64,000 bases of DNA. Source: an uncultured Chloroflexia bacterium. Lineage in GTDB: Bacteria; Chloroflexota; Limnocylindria; Limnocylindrales; CSP1-4. Where the stretch lies: NCBI GenBank assembly GCA_963778815.1, contig CAVZVS010000004.1, forward strand, positions 771,987 to 835,986, read 5' to 3'. Positions 44,654-54,613 of the stretch are shown piece by piece. The notes under the pieces are model-generated. The model made no database searches. It saw only the letters and a program-made list of their open reading frames with translations, and had not been told where the DNA came from. Every line of letters begins with the position of its first letter. Within the stretch, counting starts at the first letter, position 1. The translations under genes were made by a program, and so were the position numbers.

Positions 44654-45856
44654 CTACTTGTTGACGGTCAGGAAGGTCTGGGCGGTGGTCTGCCCGAAAT
44701 CCTTGGTCTTGACCAGGACGGCCGCCACCCCCCGCCCCACGGCGGCGCCCCTGGGGACCGTGACCGTCCACTTGGCCTTGCCCTCGCCGTCGGTCGTCAG
44801 GGTTCGGGTGATCGCGGACACGCCCTTCATGGTCACGCTGAAGGTGACCGTTGCTCCATCGAGGGGGTGACCGTCGGGATCGGTCACGGTCGCGGTCAGG
44901 ACGACGTTGTCGGGCAGCTTGTTTCGGACGAACTGGTAGCGCGAGGCGGTGATATCGGCATTGAGCTTGCCCTTGCCACGGTTGACATTGATGACCACCG
45001 CGTTCTGGTTGTTGGCCGGATCGGTGGCGGTGATCCGGATGCCGTTCGCGCCGTTGGCGATGGCCAGGACGAGCTTGAACGAACCGGCGTCGTCGGCGGT
45101 GCCGGTGATCGAGGCGTGGTTGGCCTCATTGGTGGCGACGAGCTCGCTGCGGGGCTGGGTCTTGCCGATGATCGTGACGGTCTTGCCGTTGACCACGGCG
45201 GTCTTGGATGGCTTCGTGACGGTGATCTTGGGCTTGACCTTGTCGAGGACGTAGGTGACCACCTTGGACGGGTCGCTCTCGCCGCCGCTGCCGTACAGCG
45301 TGGCGGTGAAGTCGTTTCGCCCGTCGACCAGCTGGACCCCGGCCGCCGTGAAGCCGGCTGTCTCGCCGACTGGGATCTCGTCGATCTGTTCGGGCGCCTT
45401 GTCGGGCAGGGAGCGGTAGATCCGGACGGTCACGCCGGCCTGGCCGATGAACCCGCTCGGGATGGTGCCGGTCAGGTCGACCGACTTCTGATTGGTGTAG
45501 GACTCCTCGGGCACGGTCAGAGCCGGGGCGTTCGGGGCGACCGCCTCGGTCGGACTGGGGCTTGGGCTGGTGGTGACCTTGGCGAAGGTGTCGCTGAGGC
45601 TGGTGGTCACGCTACCCACGACCCGGCCCAGGACACCGACACCGGCGAAGATGATCACCCCGCCGATGGCCACGATGGCCATGACCATCGCGATGCGGAG
45701 ATAGACCGGCATGCTCGAGCCACGCTCGATCTTGCGGTGTGGCGCGATCCGGTTCGGTGCCGGCGGTCGCGAGCCGGTCCGCTTCGGAGGGGCAGGGCGT
45801 CCGGTCGACGGCGGGCGAGGCCGGACCTGGGACGAGCGCTGGCGCCGATTGGTCAT
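44654..45856 (-). CDS. membrane-anchored protein with tandem Ig-like (Big-type) beta domains
   Basis: ORF trimmed to ATG 45856. It has a basic N-terminus, one TM helix, and repeated beta-rich segments (e.g. VVLTATVTDPDGHPLDGATVTFSV). Confidence 0.6.
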   Translation of the reverse strand: MTNRRQRSSQVRPRPPSTGRPAPPKRTGSRPPAPNRIAPHRKIERGSSMPVYLRIAMVMAIVAIGGVIIFAGVGVLGRVVGSVTTSLSDTFAKVTTSPSPSPTEAVAPNAPALTVPEESYTNQKSVDLTGTIPSGFIGQAGVTVRIYRSLPDKAPEQIDEIPVGETAGFTAAGVQLVDGRNDFTATLYGSGGESDPSKVVTYVLDKVKPKITVTKPSKTAVVNGKTVTIIGKTQPRSELVATNEANHASITGTADDAGSFKLVLAIANGANGIRITATDPANNQNAVVINVNRGKGKLNADITASRYQFVRNKLPDNVVLTATVTDPDGHPLDGATVTFSVTMKGVSAITRTLTTDGEGKAKWTVTVPRGAAVGRGVAAVLVKTKDFGQTTAQTFLTVNK

Positions 45857-46140
45857 CGGGCTGCATTGTCGCACGATGCGCGACTTCGTCATGCGTGCTC
45901 GAGCGGCGCCGGGACGCTCGCGGTCGGGCGCGCCCGACGAGGGCGCCGCGTTGTACTCTGGCGCGGTGAGCGGGCGTTGGGTGACGTCCGTCCGAGCGCG
46001 AGGCTGGTTTGCACGCCCGGGACCCCAAGAACGACAGATCCACCGGACCGACCGGACGCCCATCGTTCGGCGTCGGGCCGATCGCCCGGGTGAATACTCC
46101 AGCGCCTCCTCCGGTGGGCGCCCGACCCGGCTATCCGGCC

Positions 46141-46407
46141 ATGCCGGCGATGGGCCGCAACGGCGCCTTCGGGCTACCCAACCTGCGTCGCAACGTCTGT
46201 CCCCACTTCTTCGTGACCGGCACCCGCGGGGCGATCCCGATCCAGGCTCCCCACCTGCTCAAGGCGCTCATCCGCCAGGACGCCAACGTGTCACGTTGCC
46301 AGCTCCGCGGCGGGGTCCATCTCGAGCAGGGTTACGTCAACGACGTGTGCCTCACCCCGCGCTTCAACCAGTGCGTCTTCTACGAGGACGAGCTGTCCAG
46401 GGAGTGA
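46141..46407 (+). CDS. small Cys-containing hypothetical protein immediately upstream of folC
   Basis: ATG 46141, though the in-frame GTG 46090 and ATG 46009 are also possible. ...NVCPHFFVTG...VSRCQL...VCLTPRFNQCVFYEDE. The stop lies 1 nt before the folC GTG. Confidence 0.45.
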   Translation: MPAMGRNGAFGLPNLRRNVCPHFFVTGTRGAIPIQAPHLLKALIRQDANVSRCQLRGGVHLEQGYVNDVCLTPRFNQCVFYEDELSRE

Positions 46408-46408
46408 C

Positions 46409-47827
46409 GTGAGCGACCTGACCTACGACGAGGCGCTGCGCGCCCTGCAGGATCGCGGTCGTTTCGGGATCCGCCTGGGACTCGGCCGGACCGTCGCCCT
46501 GCTCCACCAGATGGGCGATCCGCAGCTGGCCTTCCGCGGGGCGCTGGTCGGCGGGACCAACGGCAAGGGCAGCGTGCTGGCCCTGGCCGGGTCGGCGTTG
46601 CGGGCCGGAGGCTTGCGGGTCGCCGAGACGCCCAAACCGCACCTGGTCAGCTATCGCGAGCGGCTCCAGGTGGACGGGCGACTGATCGACCCGGTCTCGT
46701 TCGCTCGGGTCGTCGGCGAGGTCCTGGACGCTGCCGGGCGACTGCCCCGCCGGGACGCCCCGACCGAGTTCGAGCTGCTGACCGCCGTCGCCTTCCGCTG
46801 GTTCGCCGAGATGGACGTGGACCTGGCCCTGGTCGAGGTCGGCCTGGGTGGTCGGCTCGACGCGACCCACGCCTGGGACGGTGGCGTCGCGGCGATCACC
46901 AACGTCGATCTGGACCATATGGACCGGCTGGGCGACACGGTCGAGGCGATCGCCCGGGAGAAAGCGGCCATCATCGAGCGCGGGGACCTCGCCGTGACCG
47001 GGGCCAGCGGCGGTGGACTCGGGGTCATCCGCCGTCGGGCGCACCGCCTTGGCGTGCCTCTGACCGAGGTCGGGCCGCCGGCCCTGGTCGGCTGGGATCG
47101 GGATGGGATCGTCGTCCGCCTGCCTCGACTGGGCGAGACCCGCATCGGCCTGCGCGGACGGCACCAGGCGATCAACGCGGCGGTCGCCGACGCCGTCCTG
47201 GACGCCCTGGCCGAGGCCGGGATCGCCGACGTCCCGGCCGACGCCCGCCGACGAGGCTACGCGGATGCACGCTGGCCGGGTCGGCTGGAGCTCATCGAGA
47301 CGACCCGCGGCAGGCCCGATGGCGCTCAGGTCGACGTCCTGCTCGATGGCGCCCACAACCCGGCGGGCGCGGCGGTCCTTGCCCGCGCCCTGGAGGACCT
47401 CCGACCGATGCTCAGCGGTGGCGCCGACGCGCCGGCACCACCACCGTTGACCCTGCTCCTGGCCAGCATGTCGGACAAGGACGTGGCGGGCGTCCTCTCG
47501 GCGCTGGCATCGTCGCCGGCGGCCCGGTCGGCCCGGGTCATCTGCACCGAGGTGGACGTCCCGCGGGCACTGCCGGCCGCCCGTCTGGCCAGGGGTTGGG
47601 CCGCCGTCGCGCCGGGATCGCAGCCGCTGGTGGTCGTGCCGGTCGGAGCCGCCCTCGAGCGGGCACTGGCTGAGGCACCGGGCCCGCTCGTCGTGGCGGG
47701 CTCGCTCTACCTGGTCGGAGCCGTCCGGGCGATCCTGGTCGATGACCCCCAGCTGCGCGACGAGCCGGCCGACGGAACGCCGCGTCCGACGCTGACCGGT
47801 CCCGAAGCCCTGGCGGGCGTGCGCTGA
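46409..47827 (+). CDS. folC: bifunctional folylpolyglutamate synthase / dihydrofolate synthase
   Basis: GGTNGKGSV P-loop, EVGLGGRLDAT, and ITNVDLDHMDRLG. Confidence 0.9.
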   Translation: MSDLTYDEALRALQDRGRFGIRLGLGRTVALLHQMGDPQLAFRGALVGGTNGKGSVLALAGSALRAGGLRVAETPKPHLVSYRERLQVDGRLIDPVSFARVVGEVLDAAGRLPRRDAPTEFELLTAVAFRWFAEMDVDLALVEVGLGGRLDATHAWDGGVAAITNVDLDHMDRLGDTVEAIAREKAAIIERGDLAVTGASGGGLGVIRRRAHRLGVPLTEVGPPALVGWDRDGIVVRLPRLGETRIGLRGRHQAINAAVADAVLDALAEAGIADVPADARRRGYADARWPGRLELIETTRGRPDGAQVDVLLDGAHNPAGAAVLARALEDLRPMLSGGADAPAPPPLTLLLASMSDKDVAGVLSALASSPAARSARVICTEVDVPRALPAARLARGWAAVAPGSQPLVVVPVGAALERALAEAPGPLVVAGSLYLVGAVRAILVDDPQLRDEPADGTPRPTLTGPEALAGVR

Positions 47828-47901
47828 GCGCCGAGACCGTTCGTCCGCTGGGCACGACCGTCATCGGCGGCCGCGTCTTCGACTGGGGCCGGCGGACGTT
47901 C

Positions 47902-48702
47902 GTGATGGGGATCGTCAACGTGACCCCCAATTCGTTCTCCGGGGACGGTCTCCTGGCGAGTGATCCGGGCCGGGCGGCGGCTGAGTCGGGCCAGGCGGCG
48001 ATGGACCTTGCCGTGGCCCAGGCGGGCAGGATGATCGCGGAGGGGGCGGACCTGCTCGACGTCGGCGGTGAATCGACCCGACCCGGCCACGAGACCGTCG
48101 ATGCCGCCGACGAGGCCCGACGCGTCGTCCCGGTCGTGGCGGCGCTCCATGCGGCCTACCCGGACGTGCCCATCAGCATCGATACGACCAAGCTTGGGGT
48201 GGCCCGCGCTGCGTCCGATGCGGGCGCGTCTCTGATCAACGACGTCTGGGGTGTGTCCGACGACGACGCTCTCCTCCGACTGGCCGCAGAGCGAGGGATC
48301 CCCATCGTCCTGATGCACAACCGGGTGGAACCGCGCTACGCGGACCTGATGGCCGAGGTGATCGACGACCTGCGCCGGGCGATCGACCGCGCTCTGGCTG
48401 CCGGCTGCGCGTGGGAGTCGCTGATCGTCGACCCGGGCTTCGGCTTCGGTAAGACAGCTGAGCACAACCTGACCCTCGTGCGCGAGCTCGGCGCCATGCG
48501 CGTCCTGGGCCGGCCGATCCTGCTCGGGACATCGCGCAAGTCGACCCTCGGGCGGGTCCTCGATCTGCCCCCGGACCAGCGTCTCGAAGCCACCCTGGCG
48601 ACGACTGCGCTGGGGATCGCGGCCGGGGTGGACATCATCCGGGTCCACGATGTCCAGGCCAATGTCCGGGCCGCCCGGATGACGGATGCGATCGTCCGAT
48701 GA
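47902..48702 (+). CDS. folP: dihydropteroate synthase
   Basis: VMGIVNVTPNSFSGDG, DVGGESTRPG, and GTSRKS. The true start may lie upstream at CTG 47824, overlapping the folC stop. Confidence 0.9.
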   Translation: MMGIVNVTPNSFSGDGLLASDPGRAAAESGQAAMDLAVAQAGRMIAEGADLLDVGGESTRPGHETVDAADEARRVVPVVAALHAAYPDVPISIDTTKLGVARAASDAGASLINDVWGVSDDDALLRLAAERGIPIVLMHNRVEPRYADLMAEVIDDLRRAIDRALAAGCAWESLIVDPGFGFGKTAEHNLTLVRELGAMRVLGRPILLGTSRKSTLGRVLDLPPDQRLEATLATTALGIAAGVDIIRVHDVQANVRAARMTDAIVR

Positions 48703-49058
48703 CTGACCGGATCGTCCTGGCTGACATGGTCTTCATGGGCCGCCACGGGGTCCTCGAGCAGGAGCAGCGTGTCGCCCAGCCGTTCCACGTCGACGTCGAG
48801 CTGAGCCTGGACCTGCGAGCCGCCGGACTCGAGGACGACCTGACCCGGACCGTCGACTATGGCCAGGTCTTCGAGACCTGCCGGAGCGTCGTCGAGTCGA
48901 CCAGCTTCCGGCTCATCGAAGCCCTGGCCGAGGCGCTGGCCGACGAGCTCCTGGGCGACTACCCGATCGACGAGGTCACGGTCCGGGTGCGCAAACCGAA
49001 CGCGCCGATCGAAGGGACCTTCGCCTACGCCGGCGTCGAGGTCGTGCGCCGCCGCTGA
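48699..49058 (+). CDS. folB: dihydroneopterin aldolase
   Basis: ATGA overlap with folP. MTDRIVLADMVFMGRHGVLEQEQRVAQPFHVDVEL...TVDYG... Confidence 0.9.
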   Translation: MTDRIVLADMVFMGRHGVLEQEQRVAQPFHVDVELSLDLRAAGLEDDLTRTVDYGQVFETCRSVVESTSFRLIEALAEALADELLGDYPIDEVTVRVRKPNAPIEGTFAYAGVEVVRRR

Positions 49059-49099
49059 GCGTCGCCGTCCCTGACGCCCGAGCGGTCGGGTCACCCGGC

Positions 49100-49651
49100 T
49101 CAGGGCTCCGGAGCGATCACCGGGATACGAACGATGTCCGGATCCGTGAAGACGTCGAGGTCGTCGCGGCTCTGAGTCGAGAACTCGGACACGATGGCAC
49201 CCTCGGGACCCGCCTGGAACCAATGAAGCGTGTCCGGCGGGACCGTGAACTGCTCGCCGGGGCCGAGGACGATCTCGCGGGCGGCCGTGTACACGCCGCG
49301 GTCGGCCCGGGCTGGTCGGGCCTGTGGGTCGGGCGTAGGCGGTCCCTCGACGTGGAGGTAGACCGTGCCGGTCCGGACCCGGAAGGTCTCCTCCTTGCCC
49401 GGTGTGCCCTCGAACGGTGGATGGCGATGCTCGGCACAGGTCTGGCCCGCGAACAGGACGATGTCCTTGGCGCAGACCCGCTCGGTGTTGACGTAGACGA
49501 CGAGCTGGAGGCCGATCTCATCGAGCATGCCCAACCCGAAATCGGCGACCTCGATCGCCGCCGCTTCGGCCGCGGTCAGAGCGGTGCCGGCGCCGGCGAG
49601 AGCGGCGGCAGCGCGCCGGCGAGCGAGCTCGACCTGGGCCGCCGTCAGCAC
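49100..49651 (-). CDS. cupin-type sugar isomerase (D-lyxose/D-mannose isomerase-like)
   Basis: GQTCAEHRHPPFEGTPGKEETFRVRTGTVYLHV, and ...HWFQAGPEGAIVSEFST. Family call made by eye. Confidence 0.6.
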   Translation of the reverse strand: MLTAAQVELARRRAAAALAGAGTALTAAEAAAIEVADFGLGMLDEIGLQLVVYVNTERVCAKDIVLFAGQTCAEHRHPPFEGTPGKEETFRVRTGTVYLHVEGPPTPDPQARPARADRGVYTAAREIVLGPGEQFTVPPDTLHWFQAGPEGAIVSEFSTQSRDDLDVFTDPDIVRIPVIAPEP

Positions 49652-50470
49652 CTACAGACCGAGGTAGCCACGGATCCCGGCGAGCAGACCGGCGGCGTAG
49701 CGAGCGCGTCCGGTGGCCCCGGTCATCCGGGCGGCATCGCCGGCGTTCTTCATGTTCCCGAGCTCGACCATGACCACCGGGACGTCGGACATGTTGAGGG
49801 TGCCCAGGTCGGTCCGACTGACGATGCCGTGGCGAGCGTAGTAGTTGGCGATGGGCAGGCCGGTCGCGAGCAGACCGGTGCGCATCGCGAGGGCCAGCCG
49901 TGCTGAAGCGGCCAGGATGTCGGTCGTGTAGCCGGGCACCCGTCCGGGCTTCATGACCACGAATCCACGATGGCCGACGGCCGAGCCGTCGGCATGGATG
50001 CTGACGGTCAGGTCCGCGTGGACCTTGGCGCCGAAGCGTCCCCGCACGTCCACGCACGGCCCCACGCCGCTGTCGTTCGTCCGGGTCAGCATGACGGTCG
50101 CGCCGAGCGCCTCGAGTCGGCTCTTGAGCTGGCGGGCGACCGAGAAGGCGAAACGATGCTCCGGATAGCCGCTGCGGGTCGCGGTCCCGGTGGTGTTACA
50201 GGCCTTGCGGCCATTGCCGATCCAGACCCGCTGGGCGATCCGCCCCGGGTGCGCGGCATTCCCACCGTTGTGCCCCGGATCGATGGCGATGACGATACCG
50301 GCCAGGGGCAGGGCAGCGGTCTGACTCGTCGGCGTCGCAACGGTCCGGTCGTCGACGCTCGCGGCGAGTGGACCACTGACCGTCAGAGCCAGCACCAGGC
50401 CGACCACGACGGCGGCAAATGCCGGGCGAGCGCGTGGGCGATCCTCGTGGTCAGCGGCGTGTCCCGTCAT
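49652..50470 (-). CDS. N-acetylmuramoyl-L-alanine amidase (Amidase_3)
   Basis: ORF trimmed to ATG 50470. It has a signal or TM segment, IAIDPGHNGG, SIHADG and VELGNM. Confidence 0.85.
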   Translation of the reverse strand: MTGHAADHEDRPRARPAFAAVVVGLVLALTVSGPLAASVDDRTVATPTSQTAALPLAGIVIAIDPGHNGGNAAHPGRIAQRVWIGNGRKACNTTGTATRSGYPEHRFAFSVARQLKSRLEALGATVMLTRTNDSGVGPCVDVRGRFGAKVHADLTVSIHADGSAVGHRGFVVMKPGRVPGYTTDILAASARLALAMRTGLLATGLPIANYYARHGIVSRTDLGTLNMSDVPVVMVELGNMKNAGDAARMTGATGRARYAAGLLAGIRGYLGL

Positions 50471-50564
50471 CGGCGGCAGGGTACCACCAGCATCGGGGAC
50501 GGCCGGACCCCGGCGTCGGGGGAACGCCGGGGTCCGATGGATGTCGCGAGGAGCGGCCGAGGAG

Positions 50565-52052
50565 CTAGGGCTGCAGGTCGGCGGGACGAGTCCCGAGGGT
50601 GACCTGGACCTCCAGCTTCTGGCCATTCCGCAGGATCCCGACGGTGACCGTCCGGCCTGGCGCGAACTGGGTCAGTACCGAGTCGAGCGGATGCTCGGTG
50701 TCGATCGCCTGACCTTCGATGGAGACGATGATGTCGCCTTCCTTGATGCCGGCCTTGTCGGCCGGGCCACCGGGGACCACTCCGTCGGTGTTCTGTCCGC
50801 CGGCGTTCGGGCCGCCGTCGACGTAGGCGCCGTCGTTGACCGACAGCTTGAGTTCGCCGGCTCGCTGGAGCGAGAGCATCTCGTAGCGGATCCCGACGTA
50901 CGGTCGGGCCAGCTTCTGACCGGCGACCGCCTGTTCCATGATCGGCTTGGCGATGTTGATCGGGATGGCGAAGCCGATCCCGTTCGCGTTGGCGGCGATC
51001 GCGGTGTTGATCCCGATGACATTGCCGCCGGCGTCCAGGAGCGGGCCCCCGCTGTTGCCGGGGTTGATCGCGGTGTCGGTCTGGAGCAGGTTGTTGATCG
51101 TCCCGTTCTCGACGTCGATCGTCCGGCCGGTGGCCGACAAGATGCCGCTGGTGACCGTGTTGGAGTAGGTGCCCAGCGGGCTGCCGATGGCGATCGTGGT
51201 CTGGCCGACCTTGAGCGCCGACGAGTCGCCGAGCGCTGCCGTGGGCAGATCGGTCGCTTCGATCTTGACGATGGCCAGGTCGGTCAGGGTGTCGATCCCG
51301 TAGATCTTGCCTTCGAACCGACGGCCGTCCTTGAGCTCGACCTGGAGCTTGTCGCTGCCCGACACGACGTGGCGGTTGGTCAGGATCCAGCCGTTCTTGT
51401 CGTAGATGATCCCCGAACCGATGCCCTCGGTCGCGGTGGGGTCGTTGGCGTTGGCGTTGGCCGAGCTGACGATCCGGACGACCGCCGGACCGACCTTGGC
51501 GGCGACGGCGATGATCGCCGAGGATTTGTCGATCTTGATCGGCTGGGTCACGCCGGTGACCTGTCCGGGTGGGTTCTGGGCCACGACGGCGGGCTGGTCG
51601 AGGGCCCCGCTCGCGCGCAGCGTCAGGTAGGTCCCACCGGAGGCGAGGATCGCCGCGATGAGGGCTGCCGAGAAGACCGGGACGAAGAGGCCCCCAGCGC
51701 GCCGAGGCTTGCTACCCGAGCCGGTCGCAGCGGCGGAGCCGGTCGTGCTCGAGGCGCCGAAGCCCGGAGTCGCGGTGGCGGCGGCAGCCGCCGGCTCGAA
51801 CCAGGCCTCGGGGGTGGGCTGGACCGGTGTCTGCCAGGTCGCCCGATCGCGGTCGACTCGGTCGGGTTCGGGTGAGAATGCCGCGAATGGGGCCGCGTCC
51901 GGCGAAGGAGTCGAGCCGCTGGTGGTGGTGATCCGCACGGGGCCGGCCGGCGCGGGGGTCGCCGGGGCGACGTAGATCGGGGGCACCACCGGGTCGGGAC
52001 TCGGGGTCGGCGGCGTAGCGGGGTCGTACGGCTCGGTCGGTCGTTCGTTCAT
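50565..52052 (-). CDS. HtrA/DegP-family serine protease with PDZ domain (PepD-like)
   Basis: It has a Pro-rich N-terminus, a TM helix, TNRHVV, TDLAIVK, GNSGGPL, and a C-terminal PDZ domain. Confidence 0.9.
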   Translation of the reverse strand: MNERPTEPYDPATPPTPSPDPVVPPIYVAPATPAPAGPVRITTTSGSTPSPDAAPFAAFSPEPDRVDRDRATWQTPVQPTPEAWFEPAAAAATATPGFGASSTTGSAAATGSGSKPRRAGGLFVPVFSAALIAAILASGGTYLTLRASGALDQPAVVAQNPPGQVTGVTQPIKIDKSSAIIAVAAKVGPAVVRIVSSANANANDPTATEGIGSGIIYDKNGWILTNRHVVSGSDKLQVELKDGRRFEGKIYGIDTLTDLAIVKIEATDLPTAALGDSSALKVGQTTIAIGSPLGTYSNTVTSGILSATGRTIDVENGTINNLLQTDTAINPGNSGGPLLDAGGNVIGINTAIAANANGIGFAIPINIAKPIMEQAVAGQKLARPYVGIRYEMLSLQRAGELKLSVNDGAYVDGGPNAGGQNTDGVVPGGPADKAGIKEGDIIVSIEGQAIDTEHPLDSVLTQFAPGRTVTVGILRNGQKLEVQVTLGTRPADLQP

Positions 52053-52134
52053 GAGCGGACGTGGGCTCCTCGGGGACGCGACGGCGGTGCCGCCGGCTGG
52101 CAGGTCGTTCCCAGCGTGACGGCTGCGGATTCAG

Positions 52135-53736
52135 TCAGGAGGCGGCGGATGGTGAAGAATCCGCTACCTGGCCGGGTTCGGCCGACGGTCCGGACGGGAG
52201 CGGGTCCGGAGCGGCGATCGCCGCGGCCGGGTCGATCGATCGGTGAGCCGGGGCATCCTCGACCGTCCGGGGATCCTTGGGCAGGTCGACCTTGAACGTC
52301 GTGCCCACGCCGACCTGGCTATCGACCGCGACCCGCCCGGCGTGGAGATCGACGATCGACTTAACGATGGCCAGGCCGAGTCCGCTGCCGCTGCCGCGCG
52401 CCTCGTTCGCCTGCGTCCCGCGGTAGAAGCGGTCGAAGATCCGGGGCAACTCGGAGGCGTCGATGCCGATCCCGGTGTCGGCCACGATGATCCGGGCGCC
52501 GTCGACCGTCGGCTCCAGCTCGACCCGGACCGAACCGCCGCGCGGCGTGAACTTGAGGGCGTTGCCGACCAGGTTGGTCACGACCTGGCCGATCCGCTGC
52601 GGGTCGTGGCGGATCCGGACCGGGTTGCGGGGCAGCTCCAGCTCGAGGGTCAGGCCCCGCCGGGCGGCGCTTGCGCGCGATTGCTCGACCGACGACTCGA
52701 CCGCCGCCCGGAGATCGTCCGGGCGCAGATCGAGCAGGACCAGGCCCGAGTCCAACTTCGACAGCTCGAGCAGGTTCTGGGCCAGCCAGTCGAGTCGTTC
52801 GAGCTGCTGGCGACTGGATTCGAGGAACTCGGCGCGCGTCTCCGGGTCGTCGCCGGCGCCCTCGCTGAGCAGCTCGTTGGACATCCGCAAGGCGGTGATC
52901 GGGGTGCGCAGCTCGTGTGACACGTCGGCGAGGAAGTCGCGGCTACGATCACGGTCGCGGCGGATGATCGCGACGCTCTCCTCGAGCCGGTCGGCCATCG
53001 CGTTGAACTGGCGCGACAGCTCGGAGATCTCGATCGCTCCGGTCGCAGCCAACCTGGTCGGCACGCGGCTGCCCAGCTCGCCCTGTTCGAGGTCTCGGGC
53101 CGCCACGGTCAAGCGACGCAGAGGGGTGGTGAAGCGCCGGGCGAGGAAGGCGGCCACGATGACCGCGACGATGAAGGCGATCAGGCCGACCGCCAGGAAC
53201 AGGCCGGTGACCTGGGTCAGGGTCGACGCGCGATAGGTGTACGGGTTGGACAGGGTCACCTGGACGCCCCATGGGGTCAGAGCGGTAGCCAGGATCTCCT
53301 CGGCCGGTCCGGCCGACATGGTGTCCCTGGCCTGACCCTTCTTGGGTGCCGCGCGCAACCCGCCCGCGAACGTCCCGTTCGTCGCCGGCACGATGGTCTT
53401 GCCGTCGGCGCCCTGGGTCGGGGTCCCGAACTCGATCTTGACGTCAGCCTGGGCGATGGTGTCGGCGATGGCCTGGACCACGTCGCTGTTGAACAGGGCC
53501 GCGGTCTTGGCGGTCAGTTGGTCATCGGGCGTGACGACCTGGCCGTCGTCGGCCTGGCGCGCGAGCAGCCACACGAAGGTGGCCGTCGATTTGGCTCGGC
53601 TCTCGAGGTTCTGCTGCTCTTGCTGGAGGAAGTAGTCGTCCAGCCGGAAGATGACCGCCGGCCCGACCAGGAGCAGGGTCAGGGCCACGACCGAGATGAA
53701 GCCGAGGGTCAGCCGACCCTGGAACGTCCGGGGCAT
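52135..53736 (-). CDS. sensor histidine kinase (MprB-like)
   Basis: It has two TM helices, a HAMP domain, H-box DVSHELRTPIT, and N/G boxes NLVGNALKFTP, DTGIGI and GSGLGLAIV. Confidence 0.9.
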   Translation of the reverse strand: MPRTFQGRLTLGFISVVALTLLLVGPAVIFRLDDYFLQQEQQNLESRAKSTATFVWLLARQADDGQVVTPDDQLTAKTAALFNSDVVQAIADTIAQADVKIEFGTPTQGADGKTIVPATNGTFAGGLRAAPKKGQARDTMSAGPAEEILATALTPWGVQVTLSNPYTYRASTLTQVTGLFLAVGLIAFIVAVIVAAFLARRFTTPLRRLTVAARDLEQGELGSRVPTRLAATGAIEISELSRQFNAMADRLEESVAIIRRDRDRSRDFLADVSHELRTPITALRMSNELLSEGAGDDPETRAEFLESSRQQLERLDWLAQNLLELSKLDSGLVLLDLRPDDLRAAVESSVEQSRASAARRGLTLELELPRNPVRIRHDPQRIGQVVTNLVGNALKFTPRGGSVRVELEPTVDGARIIVADTGIGIDASELPRIFDRFYRGTQANEARGSGSGLGLAIVKSIVDLHAGRVAVDSQVGVGTTFKVDLPKDPRTVEDAPAHRSIDPAAAIAAPDPLPSGPSAEPGQVADSSPSAAS

Positions 53737-53803
53737 GATCCGCCGGAGCGGCCCGGGGAGTTGGATCGTCCTGGTCGTCCCCGCGCCGGGTGCCGCGCTC
53801 GGA

Positions 53804-54502
53804 TCAGCGCTCGGCGAAGGCGTAGCCGGCCCCTCGGACGGTCAGCACGAAGACCGGCGTCGACGGATCGTCCTCGATCTTCTCGCGCAGATGGCTGACA
53901 TGGACGTTGATCGTCTTCTCGTCCTGATCGAGCGCCTCGTAGTCGCGCAGCAGCTCGAGCAACTCACGCCGGGAGTAGACCCGACCCGGCCGACTGGCCA
54001 GGTGGCGCAGGATCTCGAACTCGGTCGCGGTCAGGCTGATCCGGCGGCTGCCACGCTGGACCCGTCGCCGGTCGAGGTCGATGAGCAGGTCGCGGTGGCG
54101 GATGACCCGCCCGCCGGCGGCATCGGCCAGGTCTCCGTAGGCCCGTCGGAGGAGGGCCTTGATCCGGCTCATCAGCTCGCGCAGACCGAACGGCTTGGTC
54201 AGGTAGTCGTCGGCGCCGAGCTCGAGGCCGATGACCTTGTCGACCTCGTCATCGCGCGCGGTCAGGACCAGCACCGGCGCCTTGGATCCGGCCGCGCGAA
54301 GGCGTCGCAGGACTTCGAACCCGTCGATCCCGGGCAGCCGGACGTCGAGCACGACCAGGTCCGGGGCCTGTCCAGTGGCGAACTCGAGACCCTCCTCGCC
54401 CGACCGAGCGACGACGACCTCGTAGCCTTCCTGCTGGAGGGCGAACTGGATCCCGCGCGCGACGGCGAACTCGTCCTCGACGATCAGGATGGTGGCAGCC
54501 AT
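53804..54502 (-). CDS. OmpR/PhoB-family response regulator (MprA-like)
   Basis: MAATILIVEDE..., LDVRLPGIDG, and a winged-helix C-terminus ...TVRGAGYAF. Leaderless-type start: TAGCAT-N7-ATG. Confidence 0.93.
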   Translation of the reverse strand: MAATILIVEDEFAVARGIQFALQQEGYEVVVARSGEEGLEFATGQAPDLVVLDVRLPGIDGFEVLRRLRAAGSKAPVLVLTARDDEVDKVIGLELGADDYLTKPFGLRELMSRIKALLRRAYGDLADAAGGRVIRHRDLLIDLDRRRVQRGSRRISLTATEFEILRHLASRPGRVYSRRELLELLRDYEALDQDEKTINVHVSHLREKIEDDPSTPVFVLTVRGAGYAFAER

Positions 54503-54613
54503 GGCGGTGATGCTACCCCGAACGAGGCGGGTCGGCGGATGGCGGCCGGACGGGGTCGAGGGCCGGGCTGTGCTACCGTGCCGAATCCAACCGACTGAGG
54601 AGCCCGACCCACC

